DNA of 64,000 bases from Candidatus Spongiisociaceae bacterium (GCA_965243165.1 OZ251535.1:1602246-1666245), one strand, 5' to 3'; positions 41,703 through 51,050 are shown, counted from the first letter of the stretch. Numbers and translations are program-made. The notes: generated by a model from the sequence alone, not told the origin.

Positions 41703-42844
41703 GGGCCGCCTCGGTGTGCTTCGGAGGTTGGAACGACGATAGCGCCGGCGGCTTTGTCGTGCCATCCGCGCCGTTGGGAGTCGAAGAGGGGGGAGGCGGC
41801 TGTCAGGAAGAAGATGAGTATTCCGATGATGGGGAGTGCCAGGAGGGGAAGGTAGATCACAATCCATCTGATGCTGGCTCTCTTCCATCCTGGAACTCGG
41901 CCGTTGCCGATGCACACCACTCGGGTCTGGGTGAGAATTTTTCCGATCGTTTCTCCTCGAAGAGCAATCAGCGGCAACTCGTAGATGACCACCGAGGCTA
42001 AGACAGCAACGAAACCTATATGAAGTATAGATATAGCTATCCAGAGGTCGGATTCAGGTAACAGGCTCTGAACAGTAATCTGGAATGGTTCTATAAACGC
42101 AATACCTTTGTATATATCTATAAAAGTAGATCCTTCAAGTTCCAACAATCCTATCGACCATATCACAAGAGTGATCCCAGCTATTGAATATAGCAACCAG
42201 TCAATAGTTCGGGACAGGAACCGCTTATGCGTGGGAACTGAAAGAGAAACATTGTCCTGGATGGCCGGTGTTTTAGATGCTTGGGTAACAATTGTGCCCG
42301 CGATCTTGTCATGCCATCCGCGTCTTTGAGGGTCGAAGAGGGGGGATATAACTGTCAAGAGGAAAATTATTATTCCGATTATAGGAACCAGAAGAGGAAG
42401 ATATATTATCGCCCATCGCACGCTGGACATCTTCCATCCCGGAACGCGGCCGTTACTGTTATGAGTTACTTTGATTCCCATCATTATCTTCCCGATAGTC
42501 TGACCCCTGGCGGCGGTCATCGGAAGTTCATATAGAAGCGATGGAACCAGTAACAGGATTACACAGGCTAAGTGTATAGCAAAAATGGATAACCAAGGTT
42601 GAAAGTCAGGTACAGCATAAGTCTCAAACCATAATCTATAGGATTGTGAAGGAACTGAATCTCCACCTCCCAAGCCCACATAAGTTCTTGTAAAGCCGGT
42701 TACCCAGATTAGAGAGGACATCCCCCAGATCAGAGAGGACATCCAAAGCCAGATGCCTATAACAACATATAGTAACCAATCAATACATCGAGCTAATATG
42801 CGCCCTATCGATTCAGATTGATTGATACCGATAAGGCTCGCCAT
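41699..42844 (-). CDS. Tandem RDD-domain integral membrane protein (cassette A, gene 2)
   Basis: Two RDD units (GQTIGKIMMGIKV...RRGWHDKIAGT and GETIGKILTQTRV...RRGWHDKAAG) with multiple TM helices. Low GC. Confidence 0.75.
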   Translation of the reverse strand: MASLIGINQSESIGRILARCIDWLLYVVIGIWLWMSSLIWGMSSLIWVTGFTRTYVGLGGGDSVPSQSYRLWFETYAVPDFQPWLSIFAIHLACVILLLVPSLLYELPMTAARGQTIGKIMMGIKVTHNSNGRVPGWKMSSVRWAIIYLPLLVPIIGIIIFLLTVISPLFDPQRRGWHDKIAGTIVTQASKTPAIQDNVSLSVPTHKRFLSRTIDWLLYSIAGITLVIWSIGLLELEGSTFIDIYKGIAFIEPFQITVQSLLPESDLWIAISILHIGFVAVLASVVIYELPLIALRGETIGKILTQTRVVCIGNGRVPGWKRASIRWIVIYLPLLALPIIGILIFFLTAASPLFDSQRRGWHDKAAGAIVVPTSEAHRGGP

Positions 42845-42888
42845 TAGTTACTCCTTTCCTTGTGTTATTTTGTGCTTCATAATTGTGT

Positions 42889-44223
42889 TTATGAAGTAGC
42901 TACTGTCCAGCCTGGGAAGGCATCATCAATGTGATGAACCGGTGTAAAAAGATCCCGACGTTTTAAGCCAAATATCCAGTTGCCACTGTGAATACCGTAT
43001 GCAGTGGTTCCATGAAACCAAGGGCCTCCAGAATCACCTCCTCTGGCCTTTCTATTATGCATAGCAACCAGCTTTCGTCCTTCAGGATAGTATACGCTGC
43101 CCCTGTATACTCTGTCTACAGTGTAGCCGCTAGATTTCCCATATTTTCGCAACCATTGGCCTTCCATTGGTACTCCAGTAGATTCAACAAACTGATAATC
43201 GTTTGGTCCGCTGTCGTAACGAAATTCGTTCACAAGGGTATAGCCAGAAGGAACAGAATGTCTCTGAAGGTCCCCCCATTCTCCTTGATGTTCTATCCCC
43301 CAACCTAGCCGAAGATAAATAGAGCCGTCAATTAATCTTTGATTATTGCCACAGTGTCCTGCAGTAGAAATATGTCTCCTTCCACTCGTATGTTCAAGAA
43401 CAAAGCCCACTGTGCATGTGCTGAGATGCATTCCTCCTGTTACATCCTCATCTCCCCCGCCAGGAGTGGAGGTTACAATATTGAAAAGAACGTCTTTATT
43501 AGTCCCAGTACTGGCAACACTCCCGACTGGAAGGTTAGCTTGGAGAAGATCAAGCATAGATGTCTTCTCCTCAGGAGTAGATTCTGAGTTTTTTAGTACT
43601 ACTTCCACGGTTAGTAGTCCAGTTCCGATATCGTAGGTTGAGGCGGCTGTATCTATATTATCGTTGCCTATCACGCTATTATGAACTGAATCGAGACGTT
43701 GTCTAAGATCGGCTTCGGTGAAGCCCCGGTTCTCGATGATCTGCACGGCACGCGGGAAGGCCCGGATGGAACTCGCAGCACCGGCGGGCGCTGTTCCGGA
43801 GAAGGCCACCCAAGCTGTCAGATCTTCTTCGATCCGGGCTCCGGCGAAATCACCCGGATAATCTTGGCGGATTTCGTTGACCAAATAGGCGAGCGGGCCT
43901 TGCCAGGCGTACTTCTCGATCGCTTTGTCGAGTGAGATGCCTTCCTGTTCGGCCTGCCAGGTCAGCTGCTCGCGAAGCGCTTCGGATATTTCTCCCGCCG
44001 CGAACCGGGAAACCGGGTCGCTCGGGTTGCTCGGTGCCTTTTCGTCGGTTCCCCCTCCGCCGGAGGGTGCGCCGGTGCTGGGGGTTCCGAACCCGCCGTC
44101 GTCGGATCCGGGGGGTGAAACGGCCTGAACGGTCGAGGGGACGACCAGCGCCAACGCCAGCAACAGCAGGATGCCCGCCCTCGCCTTCGTGCGCCTCCGA
44201 ACTCTGCGTCTGCGGATCATCAT
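42889..44223 (-). CDS. Secreted S1-family serine protease, alpha-lytic protease/streptogrisin-like (S1E), with an N-terminal pro-region (cassette A, gene 1)
   Basis: Signal peptide, then a ~200-aa pro-region. Catalytic His in TAGHCG and Ser in GDSGGPWF. Paired Cys residues. Confidence 0.85.
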   Translation of the reverse strand: MMIRRRRVRRRTKARAGILLLLALALVVPSTVQAVSPPGSDDGGFGTPSTGAPSGGGGTDEKAPSNPSDPVSRFAAGEISEALREQLTWQAEQEGISLDKAIEKYAWQGPLAYLVNEIRQDYPGDFAGARIEEDLTAWVAFSGTAPAGAASSIRAFPRAVQIIENRGFTEADLRQRLDSVHNSVIGNDNIDTAASTYDIGTGLLTVEVVLKNSESTPEEKTSMLDLLQANLPVGSVASTGTNKDVLFNIVTSTPGGGDEDVTGGMHLSTCTVGFVLEHTSGRRHISTAGHCGNNQRLIDGSIYLRLGWGIEHQGEWGDLQRHSVPSGYTLVNEFRYDSGPNDYQFVESTGVPMEGQWLRKYGKSSGYTVDRVYRGSVYYPEGRKLVAMHNRKARGGDSGGPWFHGTTAYGIHSGNWIFGLKRRDLFTPVHHIDDAFPGWTVATS

Positions 44224-44420
44224 GAGATGCCTCCTGCCATCCTGCTTCTATTGCTTCTTCGAAGATATCACATCTAACAGGGTTCCGGAGGCTGAAACCG
44301 CATATTTCATAATTGTGTGCAATATGCAAAACCAAAGGATTGCATATTGTATACAATCTCAGCAAAACAGGTTAGCCTCACCGCTCGAGTCCGACTGATA
44401 CAGTTTATCTTCGCTGGCGA
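44224..44420 (-). promoter_or_regulatory. Low-GC promoter/leader of cassette A with a GntR-type palindromic operator; ~90% identical to 55130-55277 upstream of cassette B
   Basis: Near-dyad TGCAATATGCAA-N10-TTGCATATTGTA. The second arm also contains the perfect palindrome TTGTATACAA (GntR-like t.GT...AC.a). AT-rich -10-like hexamers. Confidence 0.5.
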
Positions 44421-44439
44421 GCTGATCGGTGCCGCTATT

Positions 44440-44700
44440 GGATCAATTCCCACCTCGACCAGCTTTGACGCCCCAGTCAAAGGTGCTGCGGCGGGCGAGA
44501 TGCCGCCTCGGTGTCCGCTTCGTCATCTTCACCGAGGCCTGCCGAGTCGGTGCTCCAGACCAGTCAAAGTGGGGGTGGGCTGCAGGCAGCGGAGCAGGAT
44601 GGAAGAGACAGGATCGCCAACACCTGGACAGCCGGGCGGTTCTCGACTGGGTTCGGAAGGTCTGCCGGGGTGACCGGACGTCTCTGCGGAGTGTCGGGCG
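44440..44700 (+). pseudogene. Degenerate duplicate of the polX 3' end (~75% identical to 40185-40440)
   Basis: ORF 44429..44713 translates to ...GVRFVIFTEACRVGAPDQSKWGW...DRQHLD.RAVLDWVRKV, against PolX ...GVRFVISTDAHRVGELAQSKWGV...DRIANTWPAEQFLDWVREV. Together with the intact polX end it brackets cassette A. Confidence 0.65.
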
Positions 44701-44723
44701 GCGGCGGCGTTAGGCTCCCGTCC

Positions 44724-45083
44724 ATGGACGGGCAAGGTACGGGAACGGGCGCGGACGCCGTCGGCCGGGGCGGAAGTTCTCTGGACCGGTTGGTGCGGGC
44801 CCACCCCCATGGGGTGATCCTCACGGTCTGGGTGACGCCTCGGGCGGTGCGCAGCGAGGTGGCGGGGCCGCATGGATCGTATCTGCGGGTGCGGGTCGCG
44901 GCCCCCGCCGAGGGGGGGCGGGCCAACCAGGCCGTTGTCCGCCTGCTTTCCAGCACCTTCGGGTGCCGGGTGGATCTGTTGTCCGGCGCCAGGAGCCGCA
45001 TCAAGCGCATGCTGCTGCGGGGCGCTGACCCCGACTCGGTGACCGCCGCCGTCGCCGCCGTTGCCCGGCGGGGCCGCAGATGA
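44724..45083 (+). CDS. DUF167 (YggU-like) protein
   Basis: Motif ...ILTVWVTPRAVRSEVAGPHGSYLRVRVAAPAEGGRANQAVVRLL.., characteristic of DUF167. Confidence 0.6.
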   Translation: MDGQGTGTGADAVGRGGSSLDRLVRAHPHGVILTVWVTPRAVRSEVAGPHGSYLRVRVAAPAEGGRANQAVVRLLSSTFGCRVDLLSGARSRIKRMLLRGADPDSVTAAVAAVARRGRR

Positions 45084-45138
45084 TGCGCAGGCGGGGCGGC
45101 CCTGCTACTTTCACGGCGTCCAGCAACGCCGGAGGTGG

Positions 45139-45531
45139 ATGATGCCGGTTCTGCGCCGAAGAAAGAAGCTGGCCGATTCAACGCTCGCCTATTTCAAGAG
45201 GATCCTCCAAGAGCGGGAGCGGGAGCTGTTGGCGGTCATTGCCGAACACGAGGCGGAGCGCCAAGAGGTGCGCATGGCCGAGACGGCGGCCGAGCGCAGC
45301 CCCGACCCCGACTCGGCCGACGGCGGGTCCATGGCTTTCGAGTTCGAGAAGGAGCTGTCTGTCGACCGCAACACCCGAGACATCCTGGCCCAGGTCCGCT
45401 CGGCCTTGGCGGCGGTGGAGGACGGCGTCTACGGCGTGTGCCGGGTTTGCCGGAGCCCCATCAGGGTGGCGCGGCTCCGAGCCCTTCCCCACACCAGCCT
45501 ATGCGTGGCTTGCGCCTCGAAAAGGCGCTGA
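45139..45531 (+). CDS. DksA/TraR-family C4 zinc-finger transcription factor
   Basis: Coiled-coil N terminus. C-terminal CRVC...CVAC zinc finger. ggaggtgg RBS. Confidence 0.75.
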   Translation: MMPVLRRRKKLADSTLAYFKRILQERERELLAVIAEHEAERQEVRMAETAAERSPDPDSADGGSMAFEFEKELSVDRNTRDILAQVRSALAAVEDGVYGVCRVCRSPIRVARLRALPHTSLCVACASKRR

Positions 45532-45980
45532 CCGTCCGGCGGCGCCGGGCCGCGCTGGTTGGGGCGGTGGTGTTGACGGCCGATCAGATCACCAAGCTGT
45601 GGGCCCGCACCGCCCTGGCGGACGGCGGCATCGAGGTGATACCGGGTTTCCTGCGGTTCCATCTGGGCGAGAACGCCGGCTCGGCCTTCTCCCTCTTCCA
45701 GGGCCAGGGCCCGCTGCTGGGGCTGGCGGCCGCCGCCGCCTCCGTTTTCATCCTGGTGATAGTCGAGCGGGCGGGCGCCCGTCTGGAGGTGGCCGGGCTT
45801 TCCTTGATCCTGGGCGGCGCGGTCGGCAACCTGGCCGACCGGGTGGTGAAAGGCCCCTGGTTGACCGGGACGGTCACAGATTTCATCGACTTCAGCTTCT
45901 GGCCGAACTTCAACCTGGCCGACTCGGCGATCACCCTGGGCGTGGCGGGGATGCTGTGGGCGGCGAGACGAGGCGGATGA
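45501..45980 (+). CDS. lspA: Lipoprotein signal peptidase II
   Basis: Conserved LspA regions: ADQITKLWA, NAGSAFSLF, FNLADSAITLG. Confidence 0.8.
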   Translation: MRGLRLEKALTVRRRRAALVGAVVLTADQITKLWARTALADGGIEVIPGFLRFHLGENAGSAFSLFQGQGPLLGLAAAAASVFILVIVERAGARLEVAGLSLILGGAVGNLADRVVKGPWLTGTVTDFIDFSFWPNFNLADSAITLGVAGMLWAARRGG

Positions 45981-46924
45981 CCGTCCCCGAATCGATGGAG
46001 GGGGAACGGTTCGACGCCGCCCTCGCCCGGTTGGCGGGGGTGAGCCGCTCCCGGGCGCGGCGGCTGATCGAGTCGGGCGAGGCTGGCCTGTCCCCGGTGG
46101 GCGGGGCGGGCGCCCCCGGCCGGACCGGCGTCCGGCGCATCCGGCTGAACACGCGGGCGGCGGCGGGCGACCGTATCTGGTTCCGGCCGCCGGAGGAACC
46201 CGTCCTCGGCCCCGAACCCATCCCCCTCGCCGTGCTCTACGAGGATCCGCACCTGGCGGTGATCGACAAACCGGCCGGCCTGGTCGTCCACCCCGGGGCG
46301 GGCAACTGGGGCGGCACCCTCGTATCGGCCCTGCTTCACTGCTGGCCGGAGGTGGAAGGGGTGGGGGAGCACCCCCGGTGGGGCATCGTCCACCGGCTCG
46401 ACAAGGACACCTCCGGGGCGATGGCGGTCGCCCGCCGCCCGGAGGCGCACCGCGGCCTGTCGGCGGCGCTGGCGGCCCGCCGGGTGAATAGGAGCTACCT
46501 GGCGCTGGTGCACGGCGCCTTCACCGCCGGCGCCGGGACCATCGACGCCCCCATCGACCGCCGCCGGGGCCGCCGCTTCGTCGGCCCGGACGGGAAACCG
46601 GCGGTTACCCGCTACCGTCGTCTGTCGGAGTGGCGGCGGCCCGGTCTCAGCCTTTTGGAGATCACCCTGGAGACGGGCCGCACCCACCAGATCAGGGTCC
46701 ACCTGGAGTCGATCGGGCGGCGGGTGGTGGGCGACGCCCTCTACGGCAAGCCGGGCGGCGGAGGGGCGCCCGATCCCGGGAGGCAGTGGCTGCATTCCCG
46801 GCTTCTGAGCTTCACCCACCCGATCACGGGGGCGCCCGTCGAGGCGGAGGCCCCCCTCCCCCCGGAGCTGCGGTCTTCCCTGGATGAGCTCGGCCCCCCC
46901 GACCTGGGCGCCGCCCCCGGGTGA
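45977..46924 (+). CDS. RluA-family 23S rRNA pseudouridine synthase (RluD-like)
   Basis: S4 domain plus the catalytic motif HRLDKDTSG. ATGA overlap with lspA. Confidence 0.85.
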   Translation: MTVPESMEGERFDAALARLAGVSRSRARRLIESGEAGLSPVGGAGAPGRTGVRRIRLNTRAAAGDRIWFRPPEEPVLGPEPIPLAVLYEDPHLAVIDKPAGLVVHPGAGNWGGTLVSALLHCWPEVEGVGEHPRWGIVHRLDKDTSGAMAVARRPEAHRGLSAALAARRVNRSYLALVHGAFTAGAGTIDAPIDRRRGRRFVGPDGKPAVTRYRRLSEWRRPGLSLLEITLETGRTHQIRVHLESIGRRVVGDALYGKPGGGGAPDPGRQWLHSRLLSFTHPITGAPVEAEAPLPPELRSSLDELGPPDLGAAPG

Positions 46925-46927
46925 AGC

Positions 46928-47225
46928 AAGGAACCGAAGCGGTCGAGCCTGCGAAAGTTCTCCGAACATACGTACCCCTAGCCGGAAGCCCGAAAATTTG
47001 GTATACCTATTGGGCTGAAGCACAAACACCGCCGCGAGTTCTGGAGAGGGCGGCGGTCAGAGAGACGGATCCCGTTCGGTCCGGCCCCGTCGGGCCGGGG
47101 GCGGCCTTGTGCGGCCCGGCGGATTTTCGTTCAAGGAGGCGGCGGCGGGGGATGGGCCCGGGTTTGCCGGCGGGGAGGGGCCGATTTTCGCGTTCTCGAG
47201 GGCATTTGGGTTGGATTGAAGGAGC
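46928..47225 (+). repeat. Full copy of the ~300-bp non-coding repeat element; inverted partner at 61141-61470
   Basis: ~90% identity over ~290 bp to the reverse complement of 61.2-61.47 kb. Indels between copies break every reading frame. Contains the palindrome ggtatacc and GC hairpins (ccggccccgtcgggccgg). Confidence 0.7.
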
Positions 47226-47403
47226 GGACGGCGGCGTGTTTGCCTCAGCGGGTTTGCCGAAAGGAGGGTATCTATGGCCTATATCGGCAGATGTCATGTT
47301 TGAGGCGCAACGGGCGCTGGCGAGTCGGTCTATGCCTGACGGCAGGGGCGGCCGACCGCTCGCTCGAGGCTCCCGGGCAGCCAGCTGGGCCGCTCTCCAA
47401 GGG

Positions 47404-47589
47404 TCAGTCGTCTTCGGTTTCGGTCGGGGAGGGTTCCGGATCGGGGTCGGCCGGAGAAATGTGGGAGTAGTAGCCCGCTATGTAGAACACTATCTGCAGC
47501 AGGACGAACACGCCCAAGGTTATCCACGGCCACCGAACCATCAGTTCCCCGAGTTCACCGACCAGCCTAACCACCGCATTCCCCTTCAA
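47404..47589 (-). pseudogene. Duplicated 3'-end fragment of the DUF2339 gene (tandem duplicate of 47650-47835)
   Basis: The ORF ends ...SPADPDPEPSPTETEDD, against the DUF2339 C terminus ...SPVPPADPDPEPSPTETEEAA. About 170 bp of nucleotide identity, including the 3' flank. Confidence 0.6.
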
Positions 47590-47733
47590 CCTCGACTGGC
47601 ATCATCGTAGTTTACATCGTTGATTGACATCGGGAACGCAACGGGTGCCCGCGAGTCGGTCTATGCCTGACGGCAGGGGCGGCCGACCGCTCGCTCGAGG
47701 CCCCCGGGCAGCCGGCCGGGCCGTTTCCAGGGG

Positions 47734-50475
47734 TCAGGCGGCTTCTTCGGTTTCGGTCGGGGAGGGTTCCGGATCGGGGTCGGCCGGAGGGACGGGGGAG
47801 AAGTAGCCCACTATCAGCAGCAGGACGCCCACGCCCAGGAAGGACACCACCCGGGCCAGGGTTCCGGTGTTGCCGAGGTCTACCAGGAACAGCTTCACCA
47901 CCACCACTCCCATCAGGGCGGCGCCTGCGATCCATACCGGACGCCGGACGAGCCGCCCGCCGGCCACCATCGCGCCCAGCCCGGCCAGCCCCCACAGGAT
48001 CGACAGGGACGCCTGCAGCAGGGTGGAGTCGAACATGTCTCCGAATCGGAACGGCACATCGAACCAATGGTGGACGGTGCGCACCGCACTCATCGTCAAC
48101 AGCAGCATCCCGAAAGCGGCCGTCCATCCAACCCAGTTGCGCCGGACGACGGACAGTTCCCAGCCCTCGAAGGGGGCGGTCCGGCGCCGCCACAGGAAAG
48201 CCGCGGCAGCCGTCAGGACGACGGCCGCCTCCAGCGGGTTGAGCAGCGGCAGATAGACCAGCGGACGCGGATCGCCGTCGGATGTCAGCAGGAGCACCGC
48301 CGACGCCGCCGTCAGCCCCGCCAGCAGCATCCCCGCCCCGGCGGTGAGGTAGACGCGCCGATACGGGCGGAGAGGCCAGGGGATGCGGCGCCCGTTCCAC
48401 AGCGGGATGGAGGCGGCCGCCAGCGCGGCGGCGACCCCCGCCGACGCGGGCCACACCCCGTCCGCCGCCCGATCGACCAGCGCGGACGCCTCCAAGGCGG
48501 CGAGCGCTGCAACCAGCCAGAGGCCCCCTGCGTGCAGGGCGGCCGCCAGTTTCGGGAACTGGTCCTCCCGCAGCCGCAGGAACAGGTAGAACACCGCCAG
48601 CGCGGCCGGCCAGGCCGCCCATCCGTATTCGTCGAACGGATGGCCGAGCCGCTCGGAATCCTCCCAGACAACTGTTATGAGCAGCGCCGCCGCCATGGCC
48701 GGCAGGACCGCCGTTCCCAGCGCCGCCAGCCGCGGCCAGCGCAGATGAGGCGCCGCCAGCGCCGCCCCTCCCAGACAGGCGGTCGTCCACACCAGCACGG
48801 CGGCCAGTTCGGCGTAGGAGAGCTGGTTGGCGATTTCCGTCGACCCGCCCCACAGGAGCCACGCCGCCCCCCATATCATCCCCATCCAAACCGCCGTCAG
48901 GCCGGAGGGGGTTCGGTGCCGCTCCCGGTCGTACAGCCAGGCCGAGAACAGCCCGGCCGCGGCCAGGAGGGCCGACCCGGCCAGATAGGGGTTGACCACC
49001 GGGAGGGCGTCGGCCGGATAGGGCAGCTCGACCAGCAGGAACCACATGAAGCTGACCCCCGCCAAGCCTTGGAGAAAAGCGCCGCCCGCCGCCAGCAGAC
49101 GGAAACGGCGGCGCAGGCCCATCCACACCACCGCCGCTCCTTCCGCCGCCCATATCAGGGATATGTAGAAGGCGTCGAAGGCCAGCGGGACGGCCAGCGA
49201 GGCGAAGAACAGGCCCAAGCCCAAGTGGGCGTCGCTCAGCAGCCTCCGCTCCCGGAAGACCCGCCAGTGGGCGGCCAGCAGCCCGCCGTGGAGGGCGGCC
49301 AGCCCCAAGGCGCTGAAGGCCGGTCCGTATTCGGTGTGGCCGACCAGCTCGTTCTGCAACAGGAAAACGGTGAACGGAGCTCCGAAGATCAGCGGCCCGT
49401 CTACCGTCCACCGGGCGGCCGGGCTGCGCTCCCGCCCCCGGATCTCCAGAAGCAGGGGCGCCGATATGTACATGACCGCGAACAGGGCCAGGAATATCTG
49501 GGCGGAGGCCATTTGGACGGGGTCGTAGCGGAGCAGCAGCCAGTGGGCGCTCACCCCGTATGTGAAGATGAAGCCCAAGAGGCTCAGCTCCGGCCAGCCT
49601 TTGAACCAGGTGAGGGCCAGCACCGCGGCGCCGAGCACCGCCATGTAGGTGAAGAGGAGCAGATGGTTCCCGTCGTCCACCGAGATCAACACCGGCGCCA
49701 GGAACCCGCCGATGAGGCCCAGCACCGACAGGGCGCGGGAGTCCTGCACCGTTGACAGCGCTCCGGTCCACACGGTGATCGCCACCACCGCGGCTATAGC
49801 GGCGGGGCCGGGCAGCACCTCGTAGCGGATGAGCGAGGCGTACACGGTCAGATAGAGGACCGCCGACCCTCCTCCCTGCAGGCTGAGCGCGTACATCAGA
49901 TTGCGCCGCCGCACCCACAGCCCCACCCCGGTCATGGCCGCTCCGAACAGGGCGGCCGCGGCCAGCCGCATTTCCAGGGTGAGGGTGATCCAGCCCCGGT
50001 TCAAGGCGGTCTGGATCAGGAATCCCAGCCCGATCAACGACAACAGGACCCCCGCTTTCACCGGGGCGTTGCCGGCGGTGAACCAGTTCTTGACGGCCCG
50101 CGCCGGTGCGCTCAGCAGCGCGGCGAGAGGGTCCTGCCGCGGAGGGTCCTCTTCGATTCGAGCCGGGGCGGCGGCAACCGGTTCGGGGCGCGGCCCCGCC
50201 GGAGACGGACGGGCGGCGGCAACCGGCGCGGGAGCCGCCCGGGGTGCGGCGGCCGGGGGCGGCGGAGCGGGGGCGGCGGGCGGAGCCTCCTTCGCGGGCG
50301 GGGCCGGTGCGGCCGCCTCGGCTTCGGGCTTTTGGCCGGCCTCCAGCTGTTCTACCCGTTTCCGGAGGCGGGTCACCTCGGCGCTCAATCGGCTGATCCG
50401 CACGGCCATAGGGATGAGGACGGGCGCCGTCGCCGCCAAGACGAACAAGACGGGCAAGACGATGTACAAACCCAC
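47734..50475 (-). CDS. DUF2339-family large polytopic membrane protein with an N-terminal coiled coil
   Basis: 913 aa. A GTG start at 50475 follows a ggaggggct RBS. Coiled coil (RISRLSAEVTRLRKRVEQLEAG), a Pro/Ala-rich linker, then >20 TM helices. The track ORF's N terminus (MDPHNRQMGRPPPPP...) is read-through of the upstream repeat. Confidence 0.75.
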   Translation of the reverse strand: MGLYIVLPVLFVLAATAPVLIPMAVRISRLSAEVTRLRKRVEQLEAGQKPEAEAAAPAPPAKEAPPAAPAPPPPAAAPRAAPAPVAAARPSPAGPRPEPVAAAPARIEEDPPRQDPLAALLSAPARAVKNWFTAGNAPVKAGVLLSLIGLGFLIQTALNRGWITLTLEMRLAAAALFGAAMTGVGLWVRRRNLMYALSLQGGGSAVLYLTVYASLIRYEVLPGPAAIAAVVAITVWTGALSTVQDSRALSVLGLIGGFLAPVLISVDDGNHLLLFTYMAVLGAAVLALTWFKGWPELSLLGFIFTYGVSAHWLLLRYDPVQMASAQIFLALFAVMYISAPLLLEIRGRERSPAARWTVDGPLIFGAPFTVFLLQNELVGHTEYGPAFSALGLAALHGGLLAAHWRVFRERRLLSDAHLGLGLFFASLAVPLAFDAFYISLIWAAEGAAVVWMGLRRRFRLLAAGGAFLQGLAGVSFMWFLLVELPYPADALPVVNPYLAGSALLAAAGLFSAWLYDRERHRTPSGLTAVWMGMIWGAAWLLWGGSTEIANQLSYAELAAVLVWTTACLGGAALAAPHLRWPRLAALGTAVLPAMAAALLITVVWEDSERLGHPFDEYGWAAWPAALAVFYLFLRLREDQFPKLAAALHAGGLWLVAALAALEASALVDRAADGVWPASAGVAAALAAASIPLWNGRRIPWPLRPYRRVYLTAGAGMLLAGLTAASAVLLLTSDGDPRPLVYLPLLNPLEAAVVLTAAAAFLWRRRTAPFEGWELSVVRRNWVGWTAAFGMLLLTMSAVRTVHHWFDVPFRFGDMFDSTLLQASLSILWGLAGLGAMVAGGRLVRRPVWIAGAALMGVVVVKLFLVDLGNTGTLARVVSFLGVGVLLLIVGYFSPVPPADPDPEPSPTETEEAA

Positions 50476-50567
50476 AGCCCCTCCCTTCTGGGCCGATCCT
50501 AGCGAAGGAGAGTCTTCCTGTTCGGACTGTGTTCCTTCCGCCGGTCGATGCGCCGGGGTGATTCCGT

Positions 50568-51050
50568 TCAGTAGAGGTGTCCTTCGAAGCCGAGCAGCCA
50601 TAGGGTGAGGATGGTGAGGGCGAGGCCGGATGCGGTGCAGATCGTCCAGTCGATCAGGCGGGCGGCGAGCCTTCTGCCGGCTGCGGCGGGCGGGCGGGTG
50701 GTGTTTCGGCTTGGTTGGGGGTCTGGGGTTACGGCGGTGCGGGTGATTTTGTCGTGCCATCCGCGTCGTTGGGGGTCGAAGAGGGGGGAGGCGGCGGTGA
50801 GGAGGAAGATGGGTATTCCGGCCAGGGGGATGAGCAGGGGGAGGTGGAGGGCGGCCCATCTGGCGGTTGTGCGGGTCCATCTTGGGGTTTGTCCGCCGGG
50901 GGTGCGGATGGTTTGGATTCGGGTGAGGCGTTTACCGATCGTTCGTCCGAGGGCGGCGGTTGCCAGGGTTTCGTAGAGAAGGAAGGGTGCCAGGAACAGG
51001 CCGGCGGCGGCCAGGTAGACGAGGAGCAACAGCACCAAGGGGTCGACGCC
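50568..51050 (-). repeat. ~480-bp direct repeat (3' end of the pro-region-RDD fusion gene). Copies at 40455-40935 (~90% id) and a partial third copy at 51712-51845
   Basis: Nucleotide alignment of the two cassette termini. The encoded C termini (…RTIGKRLTRIQTIRTPG.QTPRWTRTTARWAALHLPLLIPLAGIPIFLLTAASPLF...LGLEGHLY) are nearly identical. The segment is high-GC, unlike the rest of the cassettes. Confidence 0.75.

Noticed and set aside
44429-44713. 94-aa ORF as a real gene
   Set aside because: It is a degenerate, frame-disrupted duplicate of the PolX C terminus. Annotated as a pseudogene fragment or insertion scar instead.
46921-47610. 229-aa ORF (and 61137..61586 -, 61163..61531 -) covering the repeat element
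   Set aside because: The two element copies differ by indels that change the frame, and the translations are Arg/Gly-rich nonsense. Treated as non-coding repeat.
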